A stretch of DNA of 64,000 nt from a virus. Of the stretch, positions 39,891 through 50,845 are shown piece by piece (position 1 is the first letter of the stretch; every line of letters begins with the position of its first letter). The position numbers and the translations under genes were made by a program. The stretch is from positions 1 to 64,000 of the IMG/VR virus record IMGVR_UViG_3300047457_000500, one strand, 5' to 3'. The notes below the pieces were generated by a model, which did not search any database, had not been told where the DNA came from, and saw only the letters and a program-made list of their open reading frames with translations.

Positions 39891-40561
39891 AATCCAACTC
39901 CTGCGTTTGCTATCCAGCGATACCCTGTTTGATAACCCTTAACCTTGCCACCTTTTTTGCCAGCAGTCATATTCTTTTTATATGCTACTGGGTTTTCTAG
40001 GTATTGAGATATACCGCTTGTTATTAAAAATGCCTGAGTAAAATATCTTTTAAAAAATGAATCGAATATCTTTTCAAATGAACCCTCTACTTCGTCTCCT
40101 CCAGGATTTGATACTTCTACTGGTTGCTTAGTAAATATTTGTTCTCCATTTATATCAAAGGATAGTGCCTGTGCTTTTTTAGGTGCAATTACAACAGGAA
40201 TCCCCTCTTCCATTATTCTTGCCTTGTCGTAAAATGGAACTCTTGATCCATTTTTAATTGATGTTGATTGCTTAAATGTTGACTTAAAAGATAAGCCCAA
40301 ATTGCTTGTAGTATATTGAATATCATATAATCTTGCATCAGGACTTCCAGTCTGATTCCATTCATATACGTGGTGTAACATTCTAGGATTTACTCTAGCA
40401 TTTGAGTCTATATACTCTTTCATTAACTCTACAGTTTCCATACCTATTACATTAAGGAATGCTTTTTTACCGCCCTGAATACCATCTAAAAAGCCTATAG
40501 AATAATCAATAATATTTTTCATATCTTTCTTAAACATCGCATTATTAAACTTAACTATCAT
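39887..40561 (-). CDS. Putative neck or tail-completion protein
   Basis: Position; KARIMEEG..VVIAPKKAQALSF resembles HK97-gp10-like proteins. Confidence 0.5.
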   Translation of the reverse strand: MIVKFNNAMFKKDMKNIIDYSIGFLDGIQGGKKAFLNVIGMETVELMKEYIDSNARVNPRMLHHVYEWNQTGSPDARLYDIQYTTSNLGLSFKSTFKQSTSIKNGSRVPFYDKARIMEEGIPVVIAPKKAQALSFDINGEQIFTKQPVEVSNPGGDEVEGSFEKIFDSFFKRYFTQAFLITSGISQYLENPVAYKKNMTAGKKGGKVKGYQTGYRWIANAGVGL

Positions 40562-41007
40562 ACATCTACCGCCTGGTTTTCAGATCTACGGATAACTAAC
40601 TTATAATATTCAACATTTCCGAATGGCCCAGCAAATGGATCTTGTGTCGCTATTTCAAATATTGTAGACTTGCCTGCACGTGGACCTGATGTTTCTAGAT
40701 ATATTTCATTACAATTTTTATCTCTTATGTTAGTTATAATTACGTTAGTTATAGAATTTCGAGCCTCTAGACTGGACATTCTGATATCTGTTTTAACACG
40801 ACCCATAAGTAGTTTATCTTGAGTTATATTAATGTTTGGCTGAACTTCTTCTTTAAATGCTGTACCTGCTGTAGTAAAAGAACATGCAATTGTTCTGTCT
40901 AAAATCCAAGTTTTCTTAACTTCTCCATATACACCTTGCTCAACAATTGGATGATAAACATCTGCTTGCATAGGAAATGCGAAGTCTGGTGTTTCGCATA
41001 TAACCAT
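40558..41007 (-). CDS. Putative head-closure (stopper) protein
   Basis: Position and size; beta-rich. Confidence 0.5.
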   Translation of the reverse strand: MVICETPDFAFPMQADVYHPIVEQGVYGEVKKTWILDRTIACSFTTAGTAFKEEVQPNINITQDKLLMGRVKTDIRMSSLEARNSITNVIITNIRDKNCNEIYLETSGPRAGKSTIFEIATQDPFAGPFGNVEYYKLVIRRSENQAVDV

Positions 41008-41885
41008 TATAGTACTCCAACGAACTCAATCGGTTTACGATATTTGTTAAGTATTTTATCTACTATTAAGTTTCCAGTGCCTTCAAATACAGCCTTATCA
41101 AACTGAATTCTAAATTGATCAGTATTATATGCACCAATATATCTCTTGTAATAATCTAACTTACCGCAATCAATATCATGTACTAGTAACTCTGTTGCCT
41201 TAACTATGTCTGATGGAACCTTATGATATCCCACTTCTAACTCTATCTTATAATCCCAGCCTCGTGGAAATCCTCTTTCAGAAAACATAAACTCTAAATA
41301 ATCTGTTGGAGATCCTGGATAAAATATTGGCTTTGATTCATTGCGATTAATTAAATCTGGATATGCAGTTCTAATTGCAGATCCATCCCCAGTTATTTCA
41401 AACTCAAAAGTAGAGTTTTCTAAATCATCTACGTCATACACCAGAACGTTATTCTCGTATACCTTTAATACCTTTTTGGCATCTACCCATATTGGAATAT
41501 AATCTAATCCCAAACCAGTTGTCTCTATAACTTTTTTCTTATAATAAAATTCTACATCGCAAACCGAATCAATTATTGCTCTTGCTAATTCTTCGCTTTG
41601 TCTATATGCTTCTATGTCACTAGCCGTTGTACCCTTAGTATTAGGATCTACATATGGACGTACTACATCTACATACGTATCCTCTCCATCTACCGTGACT
41701 TTATACTGAGTATCGTATTTTGAAGATAATGGAATAATTACTTTGCTTGATGCATTAGACGTAACTTCCCCTGTTATTTCTGAAGAGTCCGCCATATCAG
41801 TAATAGCGTATTCATACTCTGTAGTTGCTAAAGCAACATCAAGTGTAACGCTTAAATTATATGGCGGAACTCTCAGAACTTCCAT
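41007..41885 (-). CDS. Head-tail adaptor protein
   Basis: ARAIIDSVC...GY..VPSDIVKATELL...VDKILNKYR connector pattern. Confidence 0.65.
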   Translation of the reverse strand: MEVLRVPPYNLSVTLDVALATTEYEYAITDMADSSEITGEVTSNASSKVIIPLSSKYDTQYKVTVDGEDTYVDVVRPYVDPNTKGTTASDIEAYRQSEELARAIIDSVCDVEFYYKKKVIETTGLGLDYIPIWVDAKKVLKVYENNVLVYDVDDLENSTFEFEITGDGSAIRTAYPDLINRNESKPIFYPGSPTDYLEFMFSERGFPRGWDYKIELEVGYHKVPSDIVKATELLVHDIDCGKLDYYKRYIGAYNTDQFRIQFDKAVFEGTGNLIVDKILNKYRKPIEFVGVL

Positions 41886-42365
41886 TTAGCGACCAAACTC
41901 CTTGGCTACTTCTTCTGGTGTAGCAATTCTTACGTGGTCACGAGTAAGCCACTTATCTGCTTGCTCTTGTGTTACGATATTGTATCCACGATAAACTTTG
42001 CCAACCCCACCCCAACTTACATTTTTTGTTGAGAATACTGCGATGGTCTTATTTGACTTTTTCTTAGAGGCAGGTGCTGCACTCTTAACTGGTCTTGGTG
42101 TTTCTGCAACACCAATTACACCATTTACAATAGACCCTACAGCCTGTACTGTATCACTTGCAGATCTTCCTAAGTCGTTTGTGGTAATAGCATCAGGTGA
42201 TTCTGATACTTCAGAAACTGACGCTTCAATATTATTTGCAGCAGCAACTTCTTCTACCTTTGTTTCAACTACAGGTTCTTCAGTAACTACTGATTCAACA
42301 GGAGCCTCTGGAGCACTTTCAACTGATACTTCGTTATTTACATTATTAAAATTATTTTCTTCCAT
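41886..42365 (-). CDS. Hypothetical protein (acidic disordered N-half)
   Basis: SD AGGAGG; TGTTATAAT at 42388-42396. Confidence 0.65.
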   Translation of the reverse strand: MEENNFNNVNNEVSVESAPEAPVESVVTEEPVVETKVEEVAAANNIEASVSEVSESPDAITTNDLGRSASDTVQAVGSIVNGVIGVAETPRPVKSAAPASKKKSNKTIAVFSTKNVSWGGVGKVYRGYNIVTQEQADKWLTRDHVRIATPEEVAKEFGR

Positions 42366-42403
42366 TATTTAACCTCCTATATGAACTATTATAACAGAAT
42401 ACT

Positions 42404-42444
42404 AAAGATAAGAGGGGGAGGAGAACTAGCCCCTGCCCCCTCTC
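42404..42444 (-). terminator. Terminator after the major capsid gene
   Basis: GAGAGGGGGCAGGGG-CTAG-TTCTCCTCCCCCTCT followed by TATCTTT. Confidence 0.7.
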
Positions 42445-42463
42445 AAAGGTTACTGATTACAGA

Positions 42464-43603
42464 TTATGCATCTGCAGCAGCATCTGCCCACGCAATTGCG
42501 TCTTCTTCTTCCCATTGAATACCGAAGCGGACGAATACAGTGTATTCAATTGTGTCCTTCTTCGCAACGTATTCACGGTTTACGACGATATCACGCTGGA
42601 AGCCCCATACACGGTTCTGTGGGAACGTCAGATCAATATAATTGTCTGGGTAGTAAGGAACTTCTTGAACATCGATACCTAGAACACGAGTTGTACGTGC
42701 TCCACCGAATGTCTGGCCAGCACCGTCTAAATAAGACTGAGTGTTAGCGCTTGTGTTACCATTCTTTCCAAGTGCCTCTGCGATTGCATCAGACAATGTA
42801 CCGTTATTCTTAACGATACCTGCGAATGCATCTGTACCTACATAGAACTTAAGGTTATTCTTAAGTGCACGGTACTTACGTGGCATAGCGAGAATGATAT
42901 CCTGCATTACTGCAGGTGTCCAAGCATTGTCAGCAACTGTTACGGCTGCTTCATGCGAGTCTCCATTATCCTGGTGCTTCTTGATGAAACCAGGCATAAT
43001 AGATAGGAATGGTCCTGTTGTACCATCACCGTTGATAGCAAGATCTTCAATGTCATTAGCGAATGCATTTGTCATCAAGCGAACTAAATGATCTTCTAAT
43101 GCACCACCCTCGACATTGTCTTCTAGTGCTTCAGCAGAAACTTCCCAATCCAAACGGATCTTCTTTGTGGTAAGTTCTACCTTTGAGAAGGTTGCACCAG
43201 TGTTCTTGTAATCGCCAACTGCTTGAGCAGCAGCACGAATAACACGCTCACCGACGTTGATCTTCTCTAATTCCATGGTGTTTGCTCTCATCGTCACACG
43301 ACGACCATCTTTAGCGAGAACTGTAGCATCCCAAACGTAGTCAATAAAACGACGTGCCTGTTCAGGGCGTAGGATTCCGCTTGCAGCATCACCCGAAGGG
43401 TTTACGGCATTAGGACCAGTGGTAACACCAAGGTTGACGTTAGGAATATTTCCTAGTGCGCCACCATCTGTGTAATTGCCAGGGATGTTTGACCCTGCGT
43501 CAGAACCTGATGCGAATGCACCCTGTCCTTGATATAAACCTGGTGTTGTTCCACCGAGTTCGCCTGATTCTCCTGGCTGATTTTTCTTAATCTCTTCCGA
43601 CAT
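42464..43603 (-). CDS. Major capsid protein (HK97 fold)
   Basis: GILRPEQARRFID, VSAEALEDN, FANDIEDLAINGD; follows the protease; strong SD and terminator. Confidence 0.9.
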   Translation of the reverse strand: MSEEIKKNQPGESGELGGTTPGLYQGQGAFASGSDAGSNIPGNYTDGGALGNIPNVNLGVTTGPNAVNPSGDAASGILRPEQARRFIDYVWDATVLAKDGRRVTMRANTMELEKINVGERVIRAAAQAVGDYKNTGATFSKVELTTKKIRLDWEVSAEALEDNVEGGALEDHLVRLMTNAFANDIEDLAINGDGTTGPFLSIMPGFIKKHQDNGDSHEAAVTVADNAWTPAVMQDIILAMPRKYRALKNNLKFYVGTDAFAGIVKNNGTLSDAIAEALGKNGNTSANTQSYLDGAGQTFGGARTTRVLGIDVQEVPYYPDNYIDLTFPQNRVWGFQRDIVVNREYVAKKDTIEYTVFVRFGIQWEEEDAIAWADAAADA

Positions 43604-43626
43604 ATTGTCACCTCCTAAGTGATTAC

Positions 43627-44958
43627 TTAATTAAATAAGTCGGCTGTTTTGAGGAAACGTCCGCCCCATAGGGATTTTTCAACCATTACTGGTTGTTCCT
43701 GTACGATCTCGCCTAGATCGCCAGACTTTCGGAAAGCGGTATCTGCTTCTACTGCGTCAACACGCTTACCAAACTTATCTACATGTTCAATTGTTGCAGC
43801 AATGTCTTTGGCGACTGCATCAAGTGAACTCTTTACTGCTGCTGTATCAACCTTTGTAGACTTAAGCATTTCTACTTCTGCCTGCAAAGACTTTACAGTT
43901 TCAACTAAATCGCTAAAGGCTGATGTAATTGTATTCTTGATTTCAGCAACTGATTCAACAATTGCTTCATCTGATTTAGATACTTCTGTAGTGACTTCTG
44001 CTGCTGGTGCTTCGACTGATTCATCAGCCTTAGCAACTTCTTCTGCTGGAGTCTCTTCAGACTTCTCAACAGTTTCTTCCGCCACTGTAGCCTCTTCAGA
44101 CTTTTCAGTAACTTCGGCAACAGGAGTTTCAACTACTGCATCTGCCTCTGGAGCGATTTCTTCTGACTTAGCAACTTCGGTTTCTTCAACCTTTGTCTTT
44201 TTTGCCATAGGATTATCCTCCTTCTTAATCTTAGCATCAATGCCTTTAGCACTATCTACTAAGAATTTGACTATATCCATTTTTTCGTTGTCTTCTTTTT
44301 CAACGAAACCTATATTCTTCATTTGATTTCCTGTTGTAGGGCTTACTGCAGTTTCTTCTTCTGAAACCATAACTAATCCAGATTCTTCATCATAAAAAAC
44401 ATTTTCTAATGCAACATCCTGTCCTTTAACAACTTCAATGCCGTCAACTTTTTCTACGTGCATAATATTTGCAAACTGATTTGCTGGAGAGTCTACAAGA
44501 GACAACTCTACAAGATCATAATCTTTAATAATTCTAATTGTGGAGTCTGACTTCTCATCATAACCGTCATCCCACTTATTCATACGACCACCAATAGAAA
44601 ATCCTGTCAGTGTGCCATCTAAAACTTTTTCCCAAGTATCTTGTGCACCCTTTGAAACGTATGCTGATACAAAAACTCCAGAATAAAACTTTTTAGTTTC
44701 TGGATCAAAATATCTGTCTTCTTTAAAGTTAACCATTTTACCAACAGCAAGTGGCTGATGCATTTCACGAATATTTCCACGAAACTTAGAGAATGCTTTC
44801 ATTGATGCTTCTGCTGTTACGATGTCGCCCTGCTTGTCAATGTTATCAAGAGATGCAAAACCTGAGACGATACGTCTCTCCTTATCAACCTTCGCAAATG
44901 GAAGGGAAAGTCTTACTGAGTCGCCAGAGGTGTCCCAATGGGCTTTTGATATAGTCAT
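43627..44958 (-). CDS. Prohead protease with acidic scaffold-like C-terminus
   Basis: IREMHQ, GFSIGG, ELSLVDSPAN (HK97-type protease); Glu/Ala-rich tail; start MTISK. Confidence 0.88.
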   Translation of the reverse strand: MTISKAHWDTSGDSVRLSLPFAKVDKERRIVSGFASLDNIDKQGDIVTAEASMKAFSKFRGNIREMHQPLAVGKMVNFKEDRYFDPETKKFYSGVFVSAYVSKGAQDTWEKVLDGTLTGFSIGGRMNKWDDGYDEKSDSTIRIIKDYDLVELSLVDSPANQFANIMHVEKVDGIEVVKGQDVALENVFYDEESGLVMVSEEETAVSPTTGNQMKNIGFVEKEDNEKMDIVKFLVDSAKGIDAKIKKEDNPMAKKTKVEETEVAKSEEIAPEADAVVETPVAEVTEKSEEATVAEETVEKSEETPAEEVAKADESVEAPAAEVTTEVSKSDEAIVESVAEIKNTITSAFSDLVETVKSLQAEVEMLKSTKVDTAAVKSSLDAVAKDIAATIEHVDKFGKRVDAVEADTAFRKSGDLGEIVQEQPVMVEKSLWGGRFLKTADLFN

Positions 44959-44981
44959 ACTAGTATATATTATAGAGCCTT

Positions 44982-45023
44982 TTTTACACAAATGTTAATA
45001 AGATGTGAATAACTTGTGGATAA
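44982..45023. promoter_or_regulatory. Cluster of four DnaA-box-like 9-mers at 11-bp period
   Basis: TTTTACACA (44982), TGTTAATAA (44993, 1 mismatch), TGTGAATAA (45004) and TGTGGATAA (45015), compared with consensus TT(A/T)TNCACA. Confidence 0.6.
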
Positions 45024-46610
45024 TTACTGACTTGATCTACCCTCACCTTTTGGATTCCTTCCACTTATTGTGGCTGGACCATCTGATTGATTATTTACTC
45101 TTTCTCCGTCCCTTGCTCTTTCTGCATTATCCATTGGCTTAGGCTGGAATGGCTCGTCTCCCCCCTCTCTTTGTGGAAGACCTAAAACAGATCTTGCTTC
45201 ATTTGGTAGCATGACCTGGGTTTTAACATATCTTTCCAAAATTTGAGATTGGGCTATTTCATCTGTCAATGTTAATTCTTTGAACTTTAAAACAAGAACA
45301 TCTGTCTTTTCTTTAACAATTTTATTAATAACTTTTTCTAATTCTCTCTGGGCTGGTCTTGCTACTTGTTCCTTAAATGTTCTGTCTTGTGCTAATGCTG
45401 CTGCAATTGCGCCTGAGTCTCCTCCGCCAATTTTAGAAAGAGGAACTTGGTGTGCAATTAAAATATCATCACGATTTTGCTTTCTATATTTTTCAAAAGA
45501 TCCTTCTTGAACGCCATTCTCAATTGGCTCCATGTTAAACTCAACCTTATTGGTATCTGTGTCTCCAGGCAGTGGAATGTATAGAGTTCTATGTGACTGA
45601 CCCTTTAGGCTTGTCTGCAAAAACCTAAACATCTTATCTTCAGCATCTGCAGAAAGACGTGCACCCTTTAGTGTCACAACATAACGAGGGACAGCCTTAT
45701 TGCTAAAGTAGTCGATGTTATATTGTGACGCTAACTGGTCTCCATGGAGCGAGTTTATTGCCGACATTATATCTGGTACACCATAAAAAGTATTTAAAGG
45801 CGAATACTGTTTAAAGTGTATTATTTCATTTGGCCTAGTATCTGAGGTTACAGGATTCGGATTTCTAGCACCAAAATTTCTAAAATAAACAACCTTATTA
45901 CCTATAATTTGCAAATAACCATCTTTGAGTCTTCTAACACGAATTGTAGTTGCTGGAATGTGTCCAATGTATCCTATTTCACCACGTGTTGTTCTTCCAA
46001 TTTCTAAATAACCATTACCGATTGCCTGTACATCTGTATATACTTTTGTCATTGTAGTTGTAAATGAATCATCGTCGTTAAGTGATTCAATCCACTCGTG
46101 TAACTCTATCTTTGCTCTTTCAATTCTATTACGTGCTCTTTCAACTTGACCTTTATCTTTATTTGATTCAAGCCTTAACATTGTGCTTGGAGAAACTTCA
46201 AAGTCATACCCTAAGCCAACTATGTTTTCTACTTTTGCGTCAATTGCTGCATGGTTGGCAAATGATGTGTCATAGTAATTTGCTAATTCGTATACATTCC
46301 ATGGTGGAGTAATAACATCAAATAAACCGTATCCATTTCTATATACTGTACCAGGATTAATTTCTTTTGACTTTGCATCTCCCAAACCATGTTGTTCTGC
46401 TCTTGCACTATCTATGTATGCTTGGCTAGGATCATTAGCAGACTTTTCAATTGAACGAGAAATCCTTCTTTTAAAATTATTGTCTATGCCAGAATAAGAC
46501 TTTAATTCTGTCCATGTTTTATTAAATGGATCTGCTCCCTTAAATAAGTCAGTATTGTCTACTATATTGTCAATACTTGCTTTAAGGATATATTCTTTTT
46601 CTTCTGACAT
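45024..46610 (-). CDS. Portal protein
   Basis: GNGYLEI, EIIHFK, YGVP, YFSNKAVP, ILIAHQVP, PNEAR..LGLP. Confidence 0.92.
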   Translation of the reverse strand: MSEEKEYILKASIDNIVDNTDLFKGADPFNKTWTELKSYSGIDNNFKRRISRSIEKSANDPSQAYIDSARAEQHGLGDAKSKEINPGTVYRNGYGLFDVITPPWNVYELANYYDTSFANHAAIDAKVENIVGLGYDFEVSPSTMLRLESNKDKGQVERARNRIERAKIELHEWIESLNDDDSFTTTMTKVYTDVQAIGNGYLEIGRTTRGEIGYIGHIPATTIRVRRLKDGYLQIIGNKVVYFRNFGARNPNPVTSDTRPNEIIHFKQYSPLNTFYGVPDIMSAINSLHGDQLASQYNIDYFSNKAVPRYVVTLKGARLSADAEDKMFRFLQTSLKGQSHRTLYIPLPGDTDTNKVEFNMEPIENGVQEGSFEKYRKQNRDDILIAHQVPLSKIGGGDSGAIAAALAQDRTFKEQVARPAQRELEKVINKIVKEKTDVLVLKFKELTLTDEIAQSQILERYVKTQVMLPNEARSVLGLPQREGGDEPFQPKPMDNAERARDGERVNNQSDGPATISGRNPKGEGRSSQ

Positions 46611-47014
46611 TATTCTTCGTCTCCATACTTTGCAATAGTATCTTTTGCTGCCTGAACAGCACCTAAGTCATTAAGGTTAGGAATTAGGCCAGCCTTCATT
46701 CTGTCTACCTGCTCAGAATATTGCTCATCTGTTACCCTTCCCATACCTGCAAAGAAATATGGCTCGCCGTCTGGCTCTCCATAATGTGCTGCTGCCTGTC
46801 TTAATTCTGCGATTCTTGCAAGATCACCTTTCATAGATGGAATATTTAATATGTTGCCATTACCATCTGTAAACCACTTACCATTAGCCTTCTTCCAAAC
46901 ATAAATGCCCCAGTCATATTTTTTATCTATTACTGTTACTTTAGTTTCGCCTATTTGACCAGGCATTCTGGGCTTTCCTTTTTTGTCAAAAAGTGGTTGA
47001 TCCTTGTGTTTCAT
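46610..47014 (-). CDS. Hypothetical protein
   Basis: ATG 7 nt after TGGTATACT; coupled to the portal start. Confidence 0.65.
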   Translation of the reverse strand: MKHKDQPLFDKKGKPRMPGQIGETKVTVIDKKYDWGIYVWKKANGKWFTDGNGNILNIPSMKGDLARIAELRQAAAHYGEPDGEPYFFAGMGRVTDEQYSEQVDRMKAGLIPNLNDLGAVQAAKDTIAKYGDEE

Positions 47015-47032
47015 ATCCACAAGTATACCATA

Positions 47033-50000
47033 TCATACTGCACTTGATATCTGTGACTGCCATGATATATCCTTAAATACCGAATACTCGTACCCCTGAA
47101 TACCAAAAACAGAGTCATCCTCTACTATAATTTTATTTGTACCAGTATAGGACTTGTACAAGTCTGCTGGATCTACTCCATAATAACTGCTTGAAGACTG
47201 TATTAGGACACCTTCCCACATATAAAAATCATTCCAATATTCCCACTCAAAAAATCCGTCTGCAGAGAACTTAACCCTAGCCCAAGGCCTATTGGTAACA
47301 CTCTTTACCTCTTGTAAGTTAGTTGTTTGATAATATGATAAAGCATTAAATATAATTGGTCCGTTGATCATAATAGACCCTGTATAGGATTTAAAATTAA
47401 GAATATCTGAAAACCCTATCCCCAACAAAGCCCATTCATTTATATTTATTACTGGCTCTTTTACAATTTTTCCATTTAGATAAAATGATATGGCGTTATA
47501 AAGTTTTCCAGTATTACCGTCTAAAGCATAAATCTTTGCCCGTTTCCCAGATGGGTGATTTGCAACCATGTACAACTTAATAATTTTATTTTTTGCATTT
47601 ATTTGCATTATTTGTGTTGGCACATATGGGAAAAAGTCAGAATTAAATCTAATCAAACTTTGCATAGCCATAATTTCGTATGTCTGTATTTTAGAAGGAT
47701 TTATAGATATAGCAACTCCACGATTAATTAGTGGATCATAATCTCCCCTTATTTCTAACCCAGAGTCTTTTGTTAAATATAAATATGGCGAGGAGCCTTT
47801 GTATATTGAAAAAGGATTTTGAGTTTTATAGTCAAAATAATATCCTGTAGACTTATATGGATAAACCGATGTTCCAAATCTCGTACCTATGCTATTTGCT
47901 CCATTATAATTAAATGCTTGTGACGCTAATTGTAAGTTTTTGATTTTTAATGGGCTGTACTTTATGCCGTCAATATTTACTTCTATGTGAAGCACTATTG
48001 CCAAATCATTAAAATCAACGTCTTGTGGTGGATATACAATAACATTATCTACAACCTCGTATTTTGTGTTTATCCAGTTGCTTCCTGGATTAATTACACC
48101 ATTCTTTGGAACATCTTCTTTTCTTATAAAAAACGATTCTGGTGAGTTAGCACCTTCCTCTAAATATTCAAAAGTTATATATGTTTTTACAAGTTCACTA
48201 GAAGTGTCATATGTATATTTTTTAATTGATCTTTGCTGTAAGTCTTCATAGTTTAAGTATCCAGTAAATAAGAAATTATCTAAAGAACTATAAGACCTTT
48301 GCTGTGGAAAAGAATATTCTGAAGACAATTCTGAATATGGCCATCCATCTGGGTCTACCGTTTCTGTTTCTTTAAACTTTATAGATGCTGGATAATTAAT
48401 ATTAAACTGGATAAAGTCTAATTCAAATATCTGATTTCCATATTCATCTAAAACATTTTGACCAAAGTATGATAATGGAACGTAGTCTTTCCATGAACCA
48501 GACACTGTTGAATCTAAGTAAAATTTATTAAAGTATTTTTTAGGAACTATTCCCACACTCGGTATATGAGTTTTTAATAACCTTAAGTCTGGCAATAAAG
48601 GAGAATAACTATAATTTTCGTATTCTGGAACTACTGTGTCATATTGATCTTCCTCTAATGATGGGTTTGTTTCTCCTATGTAATCACTCCAGCCCAAATC
48701 ATTTTGGTTATATGAACCACCGTCTATGTCAACTCCTGGCTGATATAAATCAAATATATTTTCATAATCTATTGGAACTCCTATTTCGTTAAATAAGTTT
48801 CCTATATCAGATAAGTTCTTTTCCGAGCATATGCCTATTTTATATATCTTTCCAGTAAAAGTTTTTTCAAACTCTTTTGTTCCTCCAACATATAGTTTTA
48901 AGATTGATTGATTTGTAAAAAATGATATTACATTATCTCCAAAATAATTCTTAAACTTGTCTAACTCTAAACCTACAGCAAAAACAATATTAGCAGTTTC
49001 TCCTTCTTCGCCGTCATCTAAATTTGTTGCAGATAGTGCACTTACACGAGAACACTCGTATATGTTTTTTACAACATCATTGTATTTTAATATATACTTA
49101 ATTTTATCATTAACACATTCTATTGAAAAATAATTTGAGTTATTATCTTCTATTCTCATTAATACTTCGGTGCCAGAAAAAGAAGGTGGCACTTCAAACA
49201 AACCATATAATGCTTTTGTTATTTGATTATAAAGAGAAAAATTATCAAAGTATATATATGAGTTTACTGAGTCCCAAGAACTATTAGGTTTTAAAGAAAG
49301 AAACAGTGGGTTGGCAGACAGATTTTGATCTTCTAGCATTTCTTTTTCTTTATTTGCAGAACTGTCTGTAAGTATTTGAGGAGTAAATATACTTGGTACA
49401 GTTAAGACATTATCTTCTACTATTAGGTTATCTATAGATGCCTGACTCCAAGAACCTAGGTCTGGGTAGTTATAATTTTTTGTGTAATCGGCAAAAGAAT
49501 AATCAAAAAATACTGACTCTCCTCCGTAAATTGAATTTAAGTTTTGGGGATACTGAACTCCTTGACCAAATACAAATCTTCTTTTTGCAACAATAGATGG
49601 AACTATATATGGATATAAAGCAATACAATCTATCTCAATTGGCTCAATTTTTTCATATGCATAAAAGCCTATCCAGTTTTGATCTTTTCCGTTTGAATTA
49701 AAGTGATATGGTAAAGATATTGTGTCACTTTCTATAGGTATAACAATAATCTCTTCACCATTTAAAAGTAAAGACACCTGATTGTTTGTATATCTAAGAT
49801 GTATCAGCATTGGTCTTTCCCATTTTCCTACATAATAAGATCCATACTTGTCATCTATCTTTAATAATAAAAACGAACCATCTAAATATATGCCGTCTTC
49901 AGAGGCTATTGGACCTATTATTCTTTTTTGTTCTGTAGATGCATTATTAGTTCTTAGCCAAAATTCTAAAGTATAATCTTGATGCTTTCCAGAGTCAGAC

Positions 50001-50830
50001 AACATGCCTAAAGATGGAACTATTAATGAAGGGCTTTCATCATTATGATATAACTTAGTAATGTTTTGTGAACCAAAAACCATTGGAACTCCAAAATTTT
50101 TTGCAACTAAGGCATTGTCTTTAGAAAAGTAATAGCCTGAATTTTCTGAAAGTCCGTATGAGTCTGCCAAAACAACCTTAGAAGATGGCAGTGCAATGCC
50201 AGAAGGCAAATCAAATGTAGATACACCCAAAGAATGTGAATGAAATTCTTCTGACCACTGGCCTAACGTTAGTCCATTTGCGTAAACTAAATAGTCATCT
50301 TGATCATTAGTTGCAAATAAAAAATTAAACTTAATTATAATTTTTATTTCAGAATTATCAAAATCTGGACTAAATGTTTCTGACAAAAACATCCATCTTT
50401 CTTTAATTGAAATATCGTATGGTTTTAAAACATCCACATAAGAACTTAAAACTGAATCGTAGTATCTGTACCCTAACTCTATTCCGAGGATATATGGGCT
50501 TTCTGTATAAAAATATGACCCTATGGAAAATGTTTGCAAGGTTTTATTTATATCGTCAACATTTATTATATCTGGACTTACCAGCGTTACGGAAAACGTG
50601 TCTCCAGTCAAACTTGTTGGAACTATTCTGTTAACTATGCTTTCTGGAAATGGTAAATCTGAAAAACTTGTAACTGAAGATGATGTTCCATTGTCTATTG
50701 CCCAACCAGACATATCTCTAGTTGATTCATTAATAATAGAGACGTAGTCTAGTTTATCGTCTAAAGCCCATAGGCTTTGAGGATGTTCAGAAAATATTTT
50801 TTCAGCATATAAGTTTGATGGACTAGACAT
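47033..50830 (-). CDS. Large virion protein with LamG/concanavalin-like domain(s)
   Basis: YAEKIFSEHP..LWALDD, YTLEFWL, LLLNGE, FYLNGK. Confidence 0.6.
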   Translation of the reverse strand: MSSPSNLYAEKIFSEHPQSLWALDDKLDYVSIINESTRDMSGWAIDNGTSSSVTSFSDLPFPESIVNRIVPTSLTGDTFSVTLVSPDIINVDDINKTLQTFSIGSYFYTESPYILGIELGYRYYDSVLSSYVDVLKPYDISIKERWMFLSETFSPDFDNSEIKIIIKFNFLFATNDQDDYLVYANGLTLGQWSEEFHSHSLGVSTFDLPSGIALPSSKVVLADSYGLSENSGYYFSKDNALVAKNFGVPMVFGSQNITKLYHNDESPSLIVPSLGMLSDSGKHQDYTLEFWLRTNNASTEQKRIIGPIASEDGIYLDGSFLLLKIDDKYGSYYVGKWERPMLIHLRYTNNQVSLLLNGEEIIVIPIESDTISLPYHFNSNGKDQNWIGFYAYEKIEPIEIDCIALYPYIVPSIVAKRRFVFGQGVQYPQNLNSIYGGESVFFDYSFADYTKNYNYPDLGSWSQASIDNLIVEDNVLTVPSIFTPQILTDSSANKEKEMLEDQNLSANPLFLSLKPNSSWDSVNSYIYFDNFSLYNQITKALYGLFEVPPSFSGTEVLMRIEDNNSNYFSIECVNDKIKYILKYNDVVKNIYECSRVSALSATNLDDGEEGETANIVFAVGLELDKFKNYFGDNVISFFTNQSILKLYVGGTKEFEKTFTGKIYKIGICSEKNLSDIGNLFNEIGVPIDYENIFDLYQPGVDIDGGSYNQNDLGWSDYIGETNPSLEEDQYDTVVPEYENYSYSPLLPDLRLLKTHIPSVGIVPKKYFNKFYLDSTVSGSWKDYVPLSYFGQNVLDEYGNQIFELDFIQFNINYPASIKFKETETVDPDGWPYSELSSEYSFPQQRSYSSLDNFLFTGYLNYEDLQQRSIKKYTYDTSSELVKTYITFEYLEEGANSPESFFIRKEDVPKNGVINPGSNWINTKYEVVDNVIVYPPQDVDFNDLAIVLHIEVNIDGIKYSPLKIKNLQLASQAFNYNGANSIGTRFGTSVYPYKSTGYYFDYKTQNPFSIYKGSSPYLYLTKDSGLEIRGDYDPLINRGVAISINPSKIQTYEIMAMQSLIRFNSDFFPYVPTQIMQINAKNKIIKLYMVANHPSGKRAKIYALDGNTGKLYNAISFYLNGKIVKEPVININEWALLGIGFSDILNFKSYTGSIMINGPIIFNALSYYQTTNLQEVKSVTNRPWARVKFSADGFFEWEYWNDFYMWEGVLIQSSSSYYGVDPADLYKSYTGTNKIIVEDDSVFGIQGYEYSVFKDISWQSQISSAV

Positions 50831-50845
50831 TATGGGTCTATTTTA

